Assembly (NCBI GenBank): GCA_028534125.1 | Contig: CM052818.1 | Coordinates: forward strand, 2,048,001-2,112,000 | Length of the DNA stretch: 64,000 nt | Direction of reading: 5' to 3' | Source of the DNA: Lama glama | Taxonomy: Eukaryota | Shown: positions 1-12,927 of the stretch, piece by piece | Layout: each line of letters begins with the position of its first letter | Numbering within the stretch: the first letter of the stretch is position 1 | Notes under the pieces: model-generated | What the model saw: only the letters and a program-made list of their open reading frames with translations | Database searches by the model: none | What the model was told of the DNA's origin: nothing | Made by a program: the position numbers and the translations under genes

Positions 1-345
1 TCCTTTTAGGGGCTTCACATGGCCTCATCTTCCCACGGAAGGGTTACCTCCATTCCTCCTGCCCCAGCCCCATCCGAGCTCCCCACAGTCATTCTTCCAG
101 GGCAAAGGGGGCTTCTGTTCTTTCCCGACCTCCAGGGGTCCTGATGTTGAGTAGAAAAGGAACAGGGCCCTTTTCTGGCCTGGGTAGGAGTTTGGAGATG
201 GTGGTCTAGCCTTTCTGGGCCCCCTATCCTGACCTTCCCATCAGACCACAGCTCCACCGCTGCCCGGCTTCCCCGGAAGATGGCAAGGATGCCCATATCT
301 TGTCTGTTCTGATGACCCAGCAGGACACTGATGGATACTCCCAGA

Positions 346-346
346 C

Positions 347-383
<37 letters not shown>

Positions 384-432
384 CCCCCTCTCTCTCTCCC
401 TTTCTCACACACACACACACACACACACACAC
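346..432. repeat. Compound (CT)n/(CA)n microsatellite
   Basis: Directly visible ctctct... followed by cacaca... Confidence 0.95.
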
Positions 433-964
433 CCCTCAGCCTGGAGGAAAGGAGGGGAGGTGTCCCCCCTCACCTGCTATAGTAGCAGCATTTTCAATGC
501 ACATTTGACACAATTGTGGTTGAGTCCACGGTGGAGGGACCACCTGGGGAAACTGAAAAGAAAGATCCTTCTGCTGGAATTCAGTGGGAACCTGAGTGCC
601 AACCCACGTGAAGGAGAAGACTTCCTTCCGGGCATCAGGGGCCACCCGGGCTCCCTGTCCCCGAGGTCTGGAACCTGGCGGGCTTCTGCCCCACACCAGC
701 CTGCCTGGGGCTCACCCCTGTCTAGCTGCAGGCCCTCTGTCACCTCTCACATCCTTCTCTAGAGCCCTGGAGATCTTTCCACATCTCACGGCTTTCTCAT
801 TCCCCAAGTCCCAGAACCTGGACTGATGGCACAGGATCGAGGAGCCGATTAGAGGAAAGGACAGCTTGAGAAAGGAGCTTAGAAATCATTCTTGCCAGCC
901 TCTCTTTTTATAAAGAGATGTGATCGAGGCCCGGAGGTAGTAGCTGGTGGTAGCAGTAGCAAGG

Positions 965-1185
965 ATTTACCCATTGTTTGCCATGACCCAGACTCTGAGC
1001 TGAGCATTTCACATGTGTTGCCTCATTTAATCCTCACAGCAGTTCCCTGAAAAAGCTTCCCCCACTTTACAGACATGAAAACAGAGTCTTGGTAAGGTTA
1101 AATGCCTCGCCCTGGAACACCCAGCTACTAAATGTTAGAACAATTGTCCAACCCAATTCGGTGCAATGCCTTAACCACCAGCTGT
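965..1185 (-). mobile_element. MIR SINE
   Basis: Antisense MIR core: ctcatttaatcctcacagc...cccactttacagacatgaaaacagag...ggttaaatgcctcgccc...cacccagctactaaatg...cttaaccac. Confidence 0.75.
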
Positions 1186-1580
1186 ACTGCCTCTGGGGCA
1201 GAAAAGGGATGTGAGAAGCAACTGGTCCAAAGTCACACAATAAATCTGGGGGGCGCTTGACCCCACAACCCAGATTGCCATCACTCGCTGCCCATCTTCA
1301 GGAGTCAGGTCCTTGGTGAGTGATGCTATGACAGGGATGGGGCCAGGCCTGGCCTGAAGGCTCCTGCTGGCTCCCGTCCTTTCCTTCTCGGACCCTGGCC
1401 CAGCCGGGGTTTGGGAGGACATCTGGGCTGGGAGGCTCTGGGAGCTCATCTGGCTGGACCCCTCACTGGGGCTTGCTCAAGGTCACAGGTGAGCTAGAGG
1501 CAGAGCGAACACCCAGAGCAACCCCCTCCACCCTGGCTCCAAGCTTTGACCCTGCCCCCATGGGCCAGGCCTTCCCAGGG

Positions 1581-1684
1581 TGACGTCAGCTCCAAGAGTA
1601 TTTTGGTGGTCAAGGCTGGATGGCAAGTCCCAGCAAGTCCTCTTCGAGGGGTTAAGATTAGCACACGGACCTCAGCTATGACTC
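1581..1684. promoter_or_regulatory. CRE (TGACGTCA, 1581-1588) plus AP-1 (TGACTCA, 1678-1684) motif pair
   Basis: Exact consensus matches about 100 bp apart in unique sequence; function not shown. Confidence 0.3.
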
Positions 1685-4256
1685 ACAGAGGTGAGCGGGG
1701 TCAGGCCAGCGGGGCTCCCATCACCACTCTCCTCTGATTCACCAGTGGGAAAAAAAAATGGCCCACGACCTTTCCCTCTGCCAGCTTCCTCCCTCTGCTT
1801 CTAACCGACTGGGCTGTGCGGAGTGGGGACGGGCCTTCCATTTCTCAGCCTCAGAGCCCAGGCTACGACAGTGACTGGGCATTCCTTTCTTTGTGGTCCA
1901 CTCTGACGTTCCCCCAACCTTCCCTCATTTTATCCAGCCTCCTCAGTCTCCCCAACATCCAGCCGCATGGCTCAAGCTCACCTGGGAAACCTGCATGTCA
2001 GGTGGTGACCGGGAGCAGCCAGCTCTGCCCACACCTGCTGTGACCGCGCAGCTTCCACTGAAGCTTGGAGGTGTGATCGCCTCAACGCGTAATAAGAGAT
2101 GCTCCACTTACATATTTCATGTCACTTTCGCAATCTTTGATCCACAAAGGGTATCCACCCTGTAAATTAGCTCGTGTGTGTGTGTGTGGAGAAATCTCGG
2201 GGAAGGGGACTGAAGTGCAGGTCTGGATATCCCATAGGGGTCCTGGGACCCTGCCTTCAGAAAGCCCCAGTCAGGGCTGGCACATCTGTTTCCCCATTCG
2301 TAAGATGGGCATTTGGACTTGCTGACCAGTTAGTGTCTCCACCTGCACGCTGGCCTTTCCAGTTCCAGCTACTTTTCATGTGCATTGCCTCCTGGACCCC
2401 GCTTGCACTTTTCAGACACAACCTTAGCTTGGGTCTGAAACTGATACCCATTTCCTAAGCTCCCTTCCCAATCTGCATCCAGGAGGTGTCTGTGATGGGC
2501 AGCAAAGGCCACCCAGCATCACTGGTCAGCACTGCCCTCTCCAGGGGGCAGGAGAGAAGAGGCAGGAGGAAAGAAGAGGTTGATTTCCCGTGAAATGGTG
2601 TGACTTCTGCCAACAGCCATCAGAGTCAATCCTTTGCCCTGACCCTGCCACCCGCGGACTTTGATTCTGGTTGGGTCTGTCCCCAAAAGCTTCAAAATCC
2701 CTGAAACAGGGGATGTGGTGGTAACCAAGACACTCCCTTTTCCTTCTCTCCTCTTCTTCTCTGAGAACATGCAGGGACACGGTCCCCAGAGGGACTATGA
2801 ATTATGACGGAAACAGTCGGAAGGACCCGGGGCCGGGAACACATCGCTTTGTGGGCATCCGTGGAGCCACCACGGGAAAGAAGCAGCCCAGACCCTCCCC
2901 AGGACTGGAGAAGTGACCCAGGGCCATGGGGGAGCGGGCTTTGGGAAAGCTGTCCTCCAGGGAGGCGGTAGGGAGCGAGGGGTGAGTGAGGGTAGACCTG
3001 GGCGGGAGGAGGGGTACCTGCTCCTGCCCCTTGCCTCAGCGCCACCTATCTCTGCAGCTGCAGCTTCCCTGGCACAGCCTGCCCTCCCGGGAGCCCAAGG
3101 GTTGATCAAACAAAACAGCCAGCCCGGGAGGAAAAGCAGGGCAGCCTCGCTTTAGAATGCTGCAGCCCTGATGCGCACAGCGGGTGAGTTACACGGGTCC
3201 ACGGGGGGGGGGGGCGGGGGCACAGACGCTCCAGCCGCATCACGGCTCATCACGCAGGGCAGGGCCACTGGCCATTGCCCTGGCTTCAGCTGAGAGGTGA
3301 CAAGCAGCTGTGCCACGCCGTGGGGGTAGGCAGTGGGGTGGGCGGAAGAGGGCTTTGGGCAGTGTCAGGGGTAAGAGGGAGTGCCACATAGGAGGATGAA
3401 ACGGGGACCGTGGATCCGGGGGAAGGGACTATGCCGCGTCAAGACCAGTCCATTCCACTGGGATCTCCTCGCGCACGGACAGGCGGTCTCTGCTGCCCCC
3501 AGGCCCTGAGTGCTGAGGACACTGATCCTCAGGATGGGCGGCAGGGTCCAGCCTCGGTGGGTGGCTGCGCCATACACAGGTCAGGCTGAGTCGGGGCACA
3601 AGGCAGGCCGTGTGCTGGGGAAGTGCGGCCACACATGGGGCGGGCTGGAGCCAGGGCAGAAGGTCGCCTCTCTGGCTCGCCCCAGGCCTGCAGGGCAGGT
3701 CTGACTGTGCTGCCCAAGGCCACTCCGTGTGTGGGGAGCACAGCTGGCCCGCCCGGAAGAGCCCCGCACGGTCTGCATCCTTCTCACTTCATTCCCGTTG
3801 CCCCTCGGGGACCAGCGGGGCCGGCGCAGGTCACTGCAGCTGACGGCCCTCAGCAAAGAACGCCCCCTCCCCCTGCACTGGCCCTGCCTTGTTTACACTG
3901 CCGCTCCAAACCTGAATGTGGACGTGGCAGATCGCAGGGGGAATTTTGAGGGGGGCCTCATAGCAGGAAACCCACTCCTCAACCCCCTCCCAGAGTCACA
4001 GATCTCTCGTCTCCAGTGAGGGGGACAGCAGGTGGGGATTGGGGGGTACAAACCCATGCCTTCTTGTCCCCACTTTTGATGAGCTGGTACCAGTGTGGGC
4101 ACCTGGCTATTGCACCTACCTGAGGGACAGCTGAAATGGCAGAGGCCTCTCTGACATCTGAGGGAAATCTCTGGGACACCACTGTCATGTTCCAATGCCA
4201 ATCTCTTGGACCCCCTCCACGGTAGGAGCTCCTTATGGCTTGTAAACACCACCAAT

Positions 4257-4425
4257 TCATCCATCCATCCATCCATCCACCCACCCATCCATCCATCCAA
4301 CCACCCACCCACCCATCCATCCATCCACCCACCCATCCATCCATCCATCCACCCACCCATCCATCCATCCACCCACCCACCCATCCATCCATCCATCCAC
4401 CCACCCATCCATCCATCCATCCATC
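4257..4425. repeat. (CCAT/CCAC)n tetranucleotide repeat
   Basis: Visible array of ccat/ccac units with a roughly 24-bp higher-order period; explains the WMDG/HPSI ORFs. Confidence 0.95.
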
Positions 4426-4954
4426 GATCAATAAACTCATCTGACATCCTGCTTCTCCCTTTTCCTATGCTGGCTCCCTTCACGCTGAACTTCCTTAGTC
4501 CCTTTGGTTCCGTGAAGCTTCCAGACCTTAACACAAGCTGTCTCCTACCCTTGGGACACTCCTCCCGCACCCAAGCCCTCCTTGCCTAGCAAGCCCTTAC
4601 TGGCCCGTCCAGTCTCAGCTCAGACATGACCTCTTCCAGGAAGCCTTCATGTGCCGCCATATGGTGACATTCCTCTGAGCTCCCTCAGCCCCCTGAGTCT
4701 CTCATGCTGTCGCATTACTCACACTGGATCATCCTCACCAAGATGAACAAATGGACTATTTGCTGCTTACCTGCTGAGTGGTGAGCCCCACTCAGGGTGC
4801 TGGGGACAGAAGGCAGGAGCACGGTCCCCTCCATTCCCGCAGTGGACAGGGGCGGCAAGGACCTAAACTACCATCAGAAAGCATCACTCACGCATCTGCT
4901 TGACCATCAAAACTTTTCCTTCAGCTTTATCACCACCACGGTCACCACCACCAT

Positions 4955-5505
4955 CTTTTTTCCAAACAGCTTTATTGAGGTGTAACTGATGTATAACACA
5001 CAGACCTACTTAAGGCTCACAGTTGGATCATCTCTGACACACACATACACCATGGAACCATCGCCATGGTCAAGATGATGAACACTTCCATCCTCGTCAA
5101 ACGTGTCCTCTTGCTCGTTGTCACCCCTACCCCGGCCCCTCCCAGCTCCCTCTCTGTCCCCTGGCCACCCCTGCTCTGCCTCCTGTCACTATGGATTAGT
5201 TTGCATTTTCTTGAGTTTTATATAAATGGAATCGTACAGTGTGCACTCTGTCTTGGCCTGATTTCTTTCACTCACATAATTATCTCGGGACTCGTCCAAG
5301 CTGTGGCATGACTCAGTAGCTCGTTCCTTTTTATTGCTGACTAGTGGTCCGTTGGCTGGATGTACCGGGAGCTGTTTATCCACGCACCTGCGGATGGGTA
5401 TTTGGGCTGCTGCCAGCTCGCAGCTCCTCCAGATAAAACCTTCCAACATCTGTGTGTGAGTCTTCGTACAAGCCCTTGTGCAGACGCTTTCATATTTCTT
5501 ACCAC
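4955..5505 (-). mobile_element. Old L1 (L1MB-like) 3' end
   Basis: Antisense L1 3'UTR: cagctttattgaggtgtaa...gttttatataaatggaatcgtacagt...ctttttattgctgactagt. Confidence 0.8.
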
Positions 5506-5936
5506 CACTTTTGTGCACGGACTCCGCCAGTGTGGGGGCAGGGTGCCTGGTTAGGAGGACAGCCCGAGAAGGAAGGGGGAGAGGAGCAAAGAGGAGAGAA
5601 CACAAGACTGACCAGCTAAGGCCTTGCCACAGGTCCCCAGGGGCAGGGAGGGGTGGGGCTGGCTGCCTGGCCCGTGTCAGCAGTCCCACCGCCCACACGC
5701 CCCATCAGGGGCTCCTGACTGTCTTTCCCAGGGTCGCTGTCGCCACACACAGTGGATTATAGAAAAAAGTTCTCCAGGCCTCCTCACTCACGCCCTGTTT
5801 AGAATGAAGGACCTAACAGCACATTCTGTTCCCACTGCGGTGGAGGACAGGAAGTGGCCTTTCCTCCTGACAAAACTATAGCTTTCTTTCCTAAGTGTAC
5901 ACACACACACACGTACACACACACACACACACACAC

Positions 5937-6436
5937 NNNNNNNNNNNNNNNNNNNNNNNNNNNNNNNNNNNNNNNNNNNNNNNNNNNNNNNNNNNNNNNN
6001 NNNNNNNNNNNNNNNNNNNNNNNNNNNNNNNNNNNNNNNNNNNNNNNNNNNNNNNNNNNNNNNNNNNNNNNNNNNNNNNNNNNNNNNNNNNNNNNNNNNN
6101 NNNNNNNNNNNNNNNNNNNNNNNNNNNNNNNNNNNNNNNNNNNNNNNNNNNNNNNNNNNNNNNNNNNNNNNNNNNNNNNNNNNNNNNNNNNNNNNNNNNN
6201 NNNNNNNNNNNNNNNNNNNNNNNNNNNNNNNNNNNNNNNNNNNNNNNNNNNNNNNNNNNNNNNNNNNNNNNNNNNNNNNNNNNNNNNNNNNNNNNNNNNN
6301 NNNNNNNNNNNNNNNNNNNNNNNNNNNNNNNNNNNNNNNNNNNNNNNNNNNNNNNNNNNNNNNNNNNNNNNNNNNNNNNNNNNNNNNNNNNNNNNNNNNN
6401 NNNNNNNNNNNNNNNNNNNNNNNNNNNNNNNNNNNN
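5937..6436. other. Assembly gap (500 N) adjacent to a (CA)n tract
   Basis: Run of exactly 500 N immediately after a CA microsatellite (about 5899-5936). Confidence 0.99.
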
Positions 6437-6874
6437 CGATTTAGCAAAAAAAAGAAAAAATTCAAAAATGTTGAAATCAAAATAGCACCATTCTGGCTCA
6501 GGCTCTACCACTGATTATCTTTACAGTCTTGAAGAAGTCATTTATTTATATTTCATCCTCACATCTTTGTATTTAATGAGAGAATTAAAGCTTATTGTCT
6601 TATCAAAATTCGATGAGTAGGTACAAAGGCAAACAGAAAAGATGAAAAAAAGAAAGAAAAGTAAATATATATGTGTGTGTGTGTGTGTATGTTTATATGT
6701 GCATTTGCAAATCCACATTTACACCTAAATGTGCATCTGAGTTTCTCAAGAGGAAGCAGATTACAAACAAGGGGGCTAGACTAGGTGACAGGTAATGTCC
6801 AGTCCTATGCTGACATCATCGGTCTCCAGCTTTTAAAATGCCCATATCTTCTTTCTTCCATCCAGGGCAACTGA

Positions 6875-7025
6875 GAAATGGAAACTTGTTAGAAACACCA
6901 GTTCTCAGGCCCGACCCCAGACTTACTGAATCAGGGACTGTAGGGGAGAAGCTCAGCCATCTGCATTGCAGCCTCCCCCCCCCCCCAGGTGATGCTGCCG
7001 TGCACTGAAGTGTGAGAACCACCAC
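6875..7025. mobile_element. MER5A-type hAT-Charlie MITE
   Basis: ttgttagaaa...ttctcaggcccgaccccagacttactgaatcag...ccaggtgatgctg...gtgtgagaaccac. Confidence 0.8.
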
Positions 7026-7338
7026 ATTCAAACATCCCCAGGGAAGAACTCTGGAGGCGGTACCTCTATCACCAGTGCTGCCCCATCACTGGGGTCACCC
7101 TCCCTCCGCCACTGCAACAACCACCACCAATACCATCTCCCTACTTTCCATCACCACCACCATCACCGCCACCACCACTCTCCCTTGATTACCAACACCG
7201 CCAGCACTGTAATGTCCGCCACCATTTCCTTGATGAAATCTTCATGAGCGTAGACTGACATCCTACCCTGAACTTCACTAGAGCCTGGCTTGGATTCTCA
7301 GTCGATGTCTCTGTCTCACTGTGACTGCTCTTCTCCAG

Positions 7339-8230
7339 GAACATACAGGGACTTCCCAGTCTGCTGAGGGTGATGACATCCCCCCAGGGACCTCAGGCTA
7401 CTGGGGATGACATACTTTCAAGGGCTCCATCCTCAAGAAGATCCTTCAGTGGTTTAACCACATTGATGGAGATTCCTGGGAGATATTAGGGATCCCCTAG
7501 ACTGATGGGAGAGGAGTCTACAGACTGCAGGTGGAGGAATTTTGTCAGGAGCTCCCAGATTCCTGATGGGATGGTCTTCTCAGAGAGCCATATTCTGACT
7601 GAGGTGGACTGTCTTTAGGGAAGCCTTTGACTAACGGGTAAAGGCTGTCCTCTCATGGTGGTCAGAGCCCACCGACAGGTGCAGGAGTGCCCGGAGGAAG
7701 GGACCTGCTTCACCGAGGCTATCCTTTGGGAACACAGAGCTAAGGTGCATACCAAAATCCCAAAATCCACAGCAAAGAGTGCCCAGTAACACAGTGGAAC
7801 GAACCTCCAGCCTGCTGCAGCTGCCAGATCGGGGTTCCACCTGGTAAGGCCTCCAGGAGAAGGTGGCTCTGGGCCAGTGAGCCCTTGGCCAATCTGTCCC
7901 AGGGTTCTGGCTTCCACAGTGATGACCCAGCCCATCACCAGCCTGGGAGTGGCTGGAGGGTATGTGCCAGACTCACATTGTTTCCACAGCCACTCCCTGT
8001 TCCCAGGTGGCGTCCACCCACCCGGCGCCAGCCCCTGCCCTGCCCTGGCAGCCCCGAGAGCAGACGCAGGGCCCAGGGGCACTCAGGGTCAGAGATGTGC
8101 GAGAAGTGTCCTTGGCCAAAGCCAGGGGAGAGTTCTCTTCCCCCAAGGGCAAGGGAACGTGACCTGGGAGCTCAGGTGTCTGACGATGATCTGGAGCCGG
8201 ATCAGGAGACACCATCCCATGGGGACTTTA
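7339..8230 (+). pseudogene. Possible highly decayed PNMA-like / Ty3-gypsy gag-derived sequence
   Basis: Acceptor ctcttctccAG at 7337-7338. Fragments in different frames: ILKKILQWFNHIDGDSWEILGIP* (7429-7500), TGKGCPLMVVRAHRQVQECPEEGTCFT (from about 7634), EAFD*R, LSFGNTE, RVLASTVMTQPI. These loosely resemble recalled PNMA motifs. Many stops and frameshifts. Confidence 0.3.
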
Positions 8231-8836
8231 ACTAACATTACAGTCAGTTGCATCCAGCCGCTCTTTCTGGTCCCACAAGGTTTCCCTTTGCCTCTTCTTC
8301 AAAGCCTCACTAGAAGCTTATTCCTTCCAGGAACTCATCCCTAGTTTTTCCCTTAGAGAGCAGAGCTCAAAGTGTCATGGGGTCACTTCTGCAAGCTTAT
8401 AGTCATTCTGTTTCCCAGCTACAGAATAACTCCAACTCCGACCTCAATCAGAGCCTTGACCTTGACCTCATACTGATCCTAACCCTGACTGTGGACAGGA
8501 CGTAACCCGAACCAAAGGTAGATCTCAGGCCTAGACTCAGACTCAACCCCAACTCTATCTGCTGGCTTTCAGAGAAAACCACTGGTTGCTAAGGAAAACC
8601 AGGCAAGAAATTGCAGAGGTCAGACTCAGCCTCTCTGCAGTGGTTGTTTTCCACACACAGCAACTGCTTCCACAGAGGGCTCTGTGTGTGTGTGTGTGTG
8701 TGTGTCCTTTATTCTATTTAGAATTCTTTTCATCACAATTCCATCCCATCTTCTCCAGGGAACAGAGGAAATAGGAAATAGATCTCCGGTTACATGGGGA
8801 GGAATTCTCTGCTAAGCCTGGAGTTCAAAGGAGGCC

Positions 8837-8870
8837 CGCGGCCACCTAGTGGGGCCCGGATGTCACTGCA
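8837..8870 (-). promoter_or_regulatory. CTCF binding site (core plus upstream TGCAG module)
   Basis: Minus strand reads TGCAGTGACATCCGGGCCCCACTAGGTGGCCGCG: core CCACTAGGTGGC with TGCAG 13 nt upstream of CCAC. Confidence 0.7.
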
Positions 8871-10699
8871 TCAGCTGCATCTCTCCCTCCTCCCGTGCTC
8901 AGGGGTGCGCTGGCAATTTGAGTGGTGATGTAAGTGGGAGGCAGCCACCAGGATAGGCCAGACCTTTGGAGCTTCTGTTTGTCACCTCAGACAGTGACCA
9001 GAATGAATGAAACGCTTTTCAATTCATCTCCTCCACTTCAGCAGTCCAGCCCCTCACTTCCATAGCCACCTGTATTGTTCTGGGGCCTCCTCTGCCCACC
9101 CCTCTTCCGCACCGCCTCCCTCTCTTTCCATCTCTCTCCCTCTCATCCTCCTTCTCTCACTTCTTATTTCCAGTCTTTCTCTACTTTTTCCACATCATTT
9201 CTCTTTCTTTCTCATCCAGTTTCTCTGTGTCCTTCTCTTGGTCCCTCCCTCTTTCTTTTCTCAACAAAATATTAAGCATCGCATCCTTGTTTGCAGAGTA
9301 TAGTCTCCCCTGACATGCTAGAGCTTCCAGGCTGATGCAAGTGTTAGTCCTGCCTGCTTAACCAGGAATCTGAGCTGCACTTTCTCTTGTCTGATCCACA
9401 GCAGAGTTTGGCTCACTGCAAAACCCAAAAATATCAGGCTGAGGGAGGCCTTGGAAATTCAACACACTCATTTAACAAAGGAATAAAGTTGAGACGCTGT
9501 GAAAAGAAAGCTGTTTCCCTGGGCAGCCTAGCCTGTTAATCGTGGAGGTGGAAGCCCGACTGGTACCCTATCCCCTTTGAGACTATGCCTTTCCTTCTCT
9601 AAGGAACTACCTCTGATTCATCCATACGTATTGGTTTTAATTGAACTGAACTGACTTCCTATGGGCTGGCCAGTGATATAAGACGATAACATCTGATCAT
9701 CTTTAGACACATGAGGACATGCCTAGACCTATGGGATCAGGTTCCCAATATGGGAAAGGGAGGATGAAACCATTGTGAGCTGAGTCAGAAGGAAATAGCA
9801 GGATGATGACACTTCACCCAAATTCATGGAGCTCTGACCATGTTGGACAGTTAACTAGGTGGATGAATGGATGGACGAACCAGCTGAGTTCTGAAGAAGA
9901 CAGTGCTCTGAGAGCAGATGTCCGATCTGCCTTCCCACCCACTCACATTCCCCAAGATGATCATTGAATTGATCAAACTATTGGAAATGTGCAAATAGGA
10001 AATGTGCAGAATCACTGATCATAGGGAAGAGGACCACTCACATCCAGAAAATCAAGGACGGGGAGGTTTGCGCGAGTGCACATTAGAAGGACAGCAGAAA
10101 AGTCGATCTGCAGTGGCCCCATCTGAGAAGCAGCACCCTTTTAAGGAGGCGAGGAGGGCAGAGCCTGCAGACCCTCCCACCAGTCCTAAATTTGAGGGAT
10201 GAGGAGGCAAAGACCAAGTGAACTCCCTCCACACTACAGAGCAGCAGCCTGTGGAAGAGGCACTGGGGCGGGAAGGGCTCCTGGTTTTGAGTGGCAGCAA
10301 CCCTCCACACAAAGCCTGCAGGGAAGTAGAGTTTGCCTCTGGTAAAGCAGGGAACAATCCATGGAAGGAGGGTGGGTTCAGCTGTGGCTTACACCTGCTA
10401 TGAAGGCCCTATCTCATAGGGAAACAGAAGTAGAAAACAGCTTCCCCAAACACTGAACCAGGGTCCCAGACACACAGTTCCCTGCTAGCACTGCTCACAG
10501 CTCTGCCTCCCTTCTGCTCTGAATTGATTGTGTGAATTATTACCAGACCCCTCTCCAGCTTAAGATCTGGCATCAGGTCTTGTACGGCAACCAAAAAAGT
10601 AATGAGAACAAAGAGCAATCAACTCACTGGTTCTAATGGCTGGGCAAACACCAGACCTTATTGATTTGTCCTCAGGAGGAAGCCAAAGAATGCACCACG

Positions 10700-11104
10700 G
10701 GCCAAAGAGATTCTGCAAAATAAAGCACCACAATCAGGATGCAGATGACAGATACGCTTTGGTCAAATATTTAGTACAGGAAATAAAAGAAATGTTAGGA
10801 AATAGCTGCTTTGTGTTCTTAAATAATTCAAGAAAATGTGAACCCTATGAAAAAAGAGCTAACAGATGAGATGATGAAATATAAGACTGAGATGAAAAGG
10901 AATAAGTCTAAGAGTTTCGGAGAAAATAGGAGCTTGATGATGGGGAAAGAGAGTAAGGAAACTAGAAATGCCATAAAGAATTGAAAGCTTCCTTAGAAAT
11001 GGACAGGACTATTAGACACTGAAGAAAATAGAATCAACAATATGCAGGGCACTTGAGACATCTTCTCTGATGCCAAGGGAAAGAATAGGAAGATAGAATG
11101 ATCG
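10700..11104 (+). mobile_element. Old L1 ORF1-region remnant (continues at about 12940-13230)
   Basis: A-rich sense sequence such as ggactattagacactgaagaaaatagaatcaac, typical of decayed L1 ORF1. Confidence 0.55.
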
Positions 11105-11117
11105 AAAGAGAACATGG

Positions 11118-12927
11118 ATCCTTGGGAATAGAAAGACTCAGAATTGTCACAAGGTGAGTTCTTTCCAACTTGATCTATATCCCAATCAAAATCCAAGCAA
11201 GTTGTCTTGTGGATGTTGACAAACTGATTCGAAAGCTGATATGGAGATGCGAAAGACCCACACTCGCCAACACAATACGGAAGGAGAGTAACAGTGTTGG
11301 AGGACTGACACCTCCCGACACCCAGACTTACTATAAACCTGCAGTAATCAAGACAGTGTGGTAATTGAAAGAATAGAAAAATAGATCACTGGAGCAGAGC
11401 AGAACCCAGAAGTAGACCCCTGTCAGCATGGTTAACTGATATTTCATAAAAGAGCAGAGGCAACACAATGGAGCAAAGACAGTCTTTTCAACAAATGGTG
11501 CTGAACACCTGGACATCCACATGTTAAAAATGAATCAGACACAGACCTTCAGCTTTCACAAATATGAGCTCAAAACGGGTCATAGACCTAAACATAAAAT
11601 GCAAAACTATAAACCATATAGAAGAGAGCATAAGGTAAAACCGAGATGATGAGTTTGGCAATGACTTTTTTAGCTACAACACCAGTCATGATCCGTGAAA
11701 AACATAACTGATAAGCTGGACTTCACTGAAATTAAAAACTCCTGCTCTGCAAAAGATGTTGTTAAGAGAATGAAAAGATAAAACACAGACGAGGAGAACA
11801 TATTTGCAAAAGAAACATCTGATAAAGAACTGTTATTCAAAACACACAAAGAACTCTTAAAATTCAAAAATAAGAAGATGAACAACTCAAAAAATGGGCA
11901 AAAGACCTGAATAGACTCCTCACCAGAGAAGATAAGCAAATGGCAAATAAGCATATGAAATAATGCTCCACAGCATAGGTCATTAGGAAAAGGCAAATTA
12001 AAACAGCGATGAGACATCACTACACACCTAAATAGAAAGGCCGAAATCCAGAACACTGACAGCGCCAAATGCTGGCAAGGATGTGGAGCAACAGGAACTC
12101 TCACTCATTGCTGGTGAGAAGGCAAAATAACACAGCCACGTCGGAAGACAGCTTATCAGTCTCTTACAAAATAAAAAAATGATCTCCCCATACAACCAGC
12201 AATTGTGCTCCTTGGCATTTACCCAAATGAGTTGAAAAGTATGTCCATGCAAAAATCTGCATATGAATGTTTAGAGCAGCTTTAGTCATAATTGCCAAAA
12301 CTTGGAAGCAACCAAGTTGGCCTTCAGCGTGTGAATGGATAAACTGTGGTATATCTAGACAATGGAATATTATACAGCACTAAAAATAAATAAGGGCTCA
12401 TGCCATGAAAAGACATGGATAAAACTACATGCATATTACTAAGTGAAAGAAACCGATCTGAAAAGGCTATATACTGTATGGTTCCAACAGTATGACATTC
12501 TGGAAAAGGCAGAACTATGGGGACAGTAGAATGATGAGTGGTGGCTGGAGCTAAGCTGGAGGGAGGGCTGAGTAGGCAGGGCACAGAGGATTTGAGGGCA
12601 GTGACACTATTCTATGATAACAGGTATTAGGATGATACTGTAATGGTGGAGAGATGTCATTAAACGTCTGTCAAAACTCACAGAATGTACAATACCAAGA
12701 GTGAACCCTAATGTCTACTATGGACTTTGGGTGACAATCAGGTGTCAATGGAGTTTCATTTATTGTCACAAATGTACCACTTTGGTGCGATATTGATACT
12801 GGGGGAAACTGGGAGGGGAGCAAGGGTTATATGGGAATCCTCTGTGCTTTCTGCTCACTTTTTTTGTGAACCTAAGACTGCTCTGAAAAATAAAGTCCAT
12901 TTAAAGAGCAGCAAAAAAAAAAAAAAG
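11118..12927 (+). mobile_element. 5'-truncated L1 (L1MC1-like): ORF2 3' part, 3'UTR and poly(A)
   Basis: ORF2-like translation (DKLIRKLIW...GGLTPPDTQTYYKPAVIKTVW); 3' end gtgaacctaagactgctctgaaaaataaag plus poly(A); probable TSD agagaacatgg (11107-11117) / agagaacaagg (12928-12938). Confidence 0.9.

Noticed and set aside
4257..4425. Periodic array as a CRISPR-like or coding repeat
   Set aside because: No unique spacers; simple tetranucleotide repeat in a mammalian genome.
3893..4589. ORFs with WMDG/HPSI repeats
   Set aside because: Translations of the (CCAT/CCAC)n microsatellite.
5788..6511. ORFs of about 200 aa containing X runs
   Set aside because: Artefacts of the 500-N gap.
7230..8230. 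THEMIS/GAREM CABIT-domain pseudogene
   Set aside because: No convincing motif order; the PNMA-like reading fits somewhat better, though it is also weak.
11170..12252. Reverse-transcriptase-region ORFs as an active gene
   Set aside because: Fragmented L1 ORF2 with many stops; 5'-truncated.
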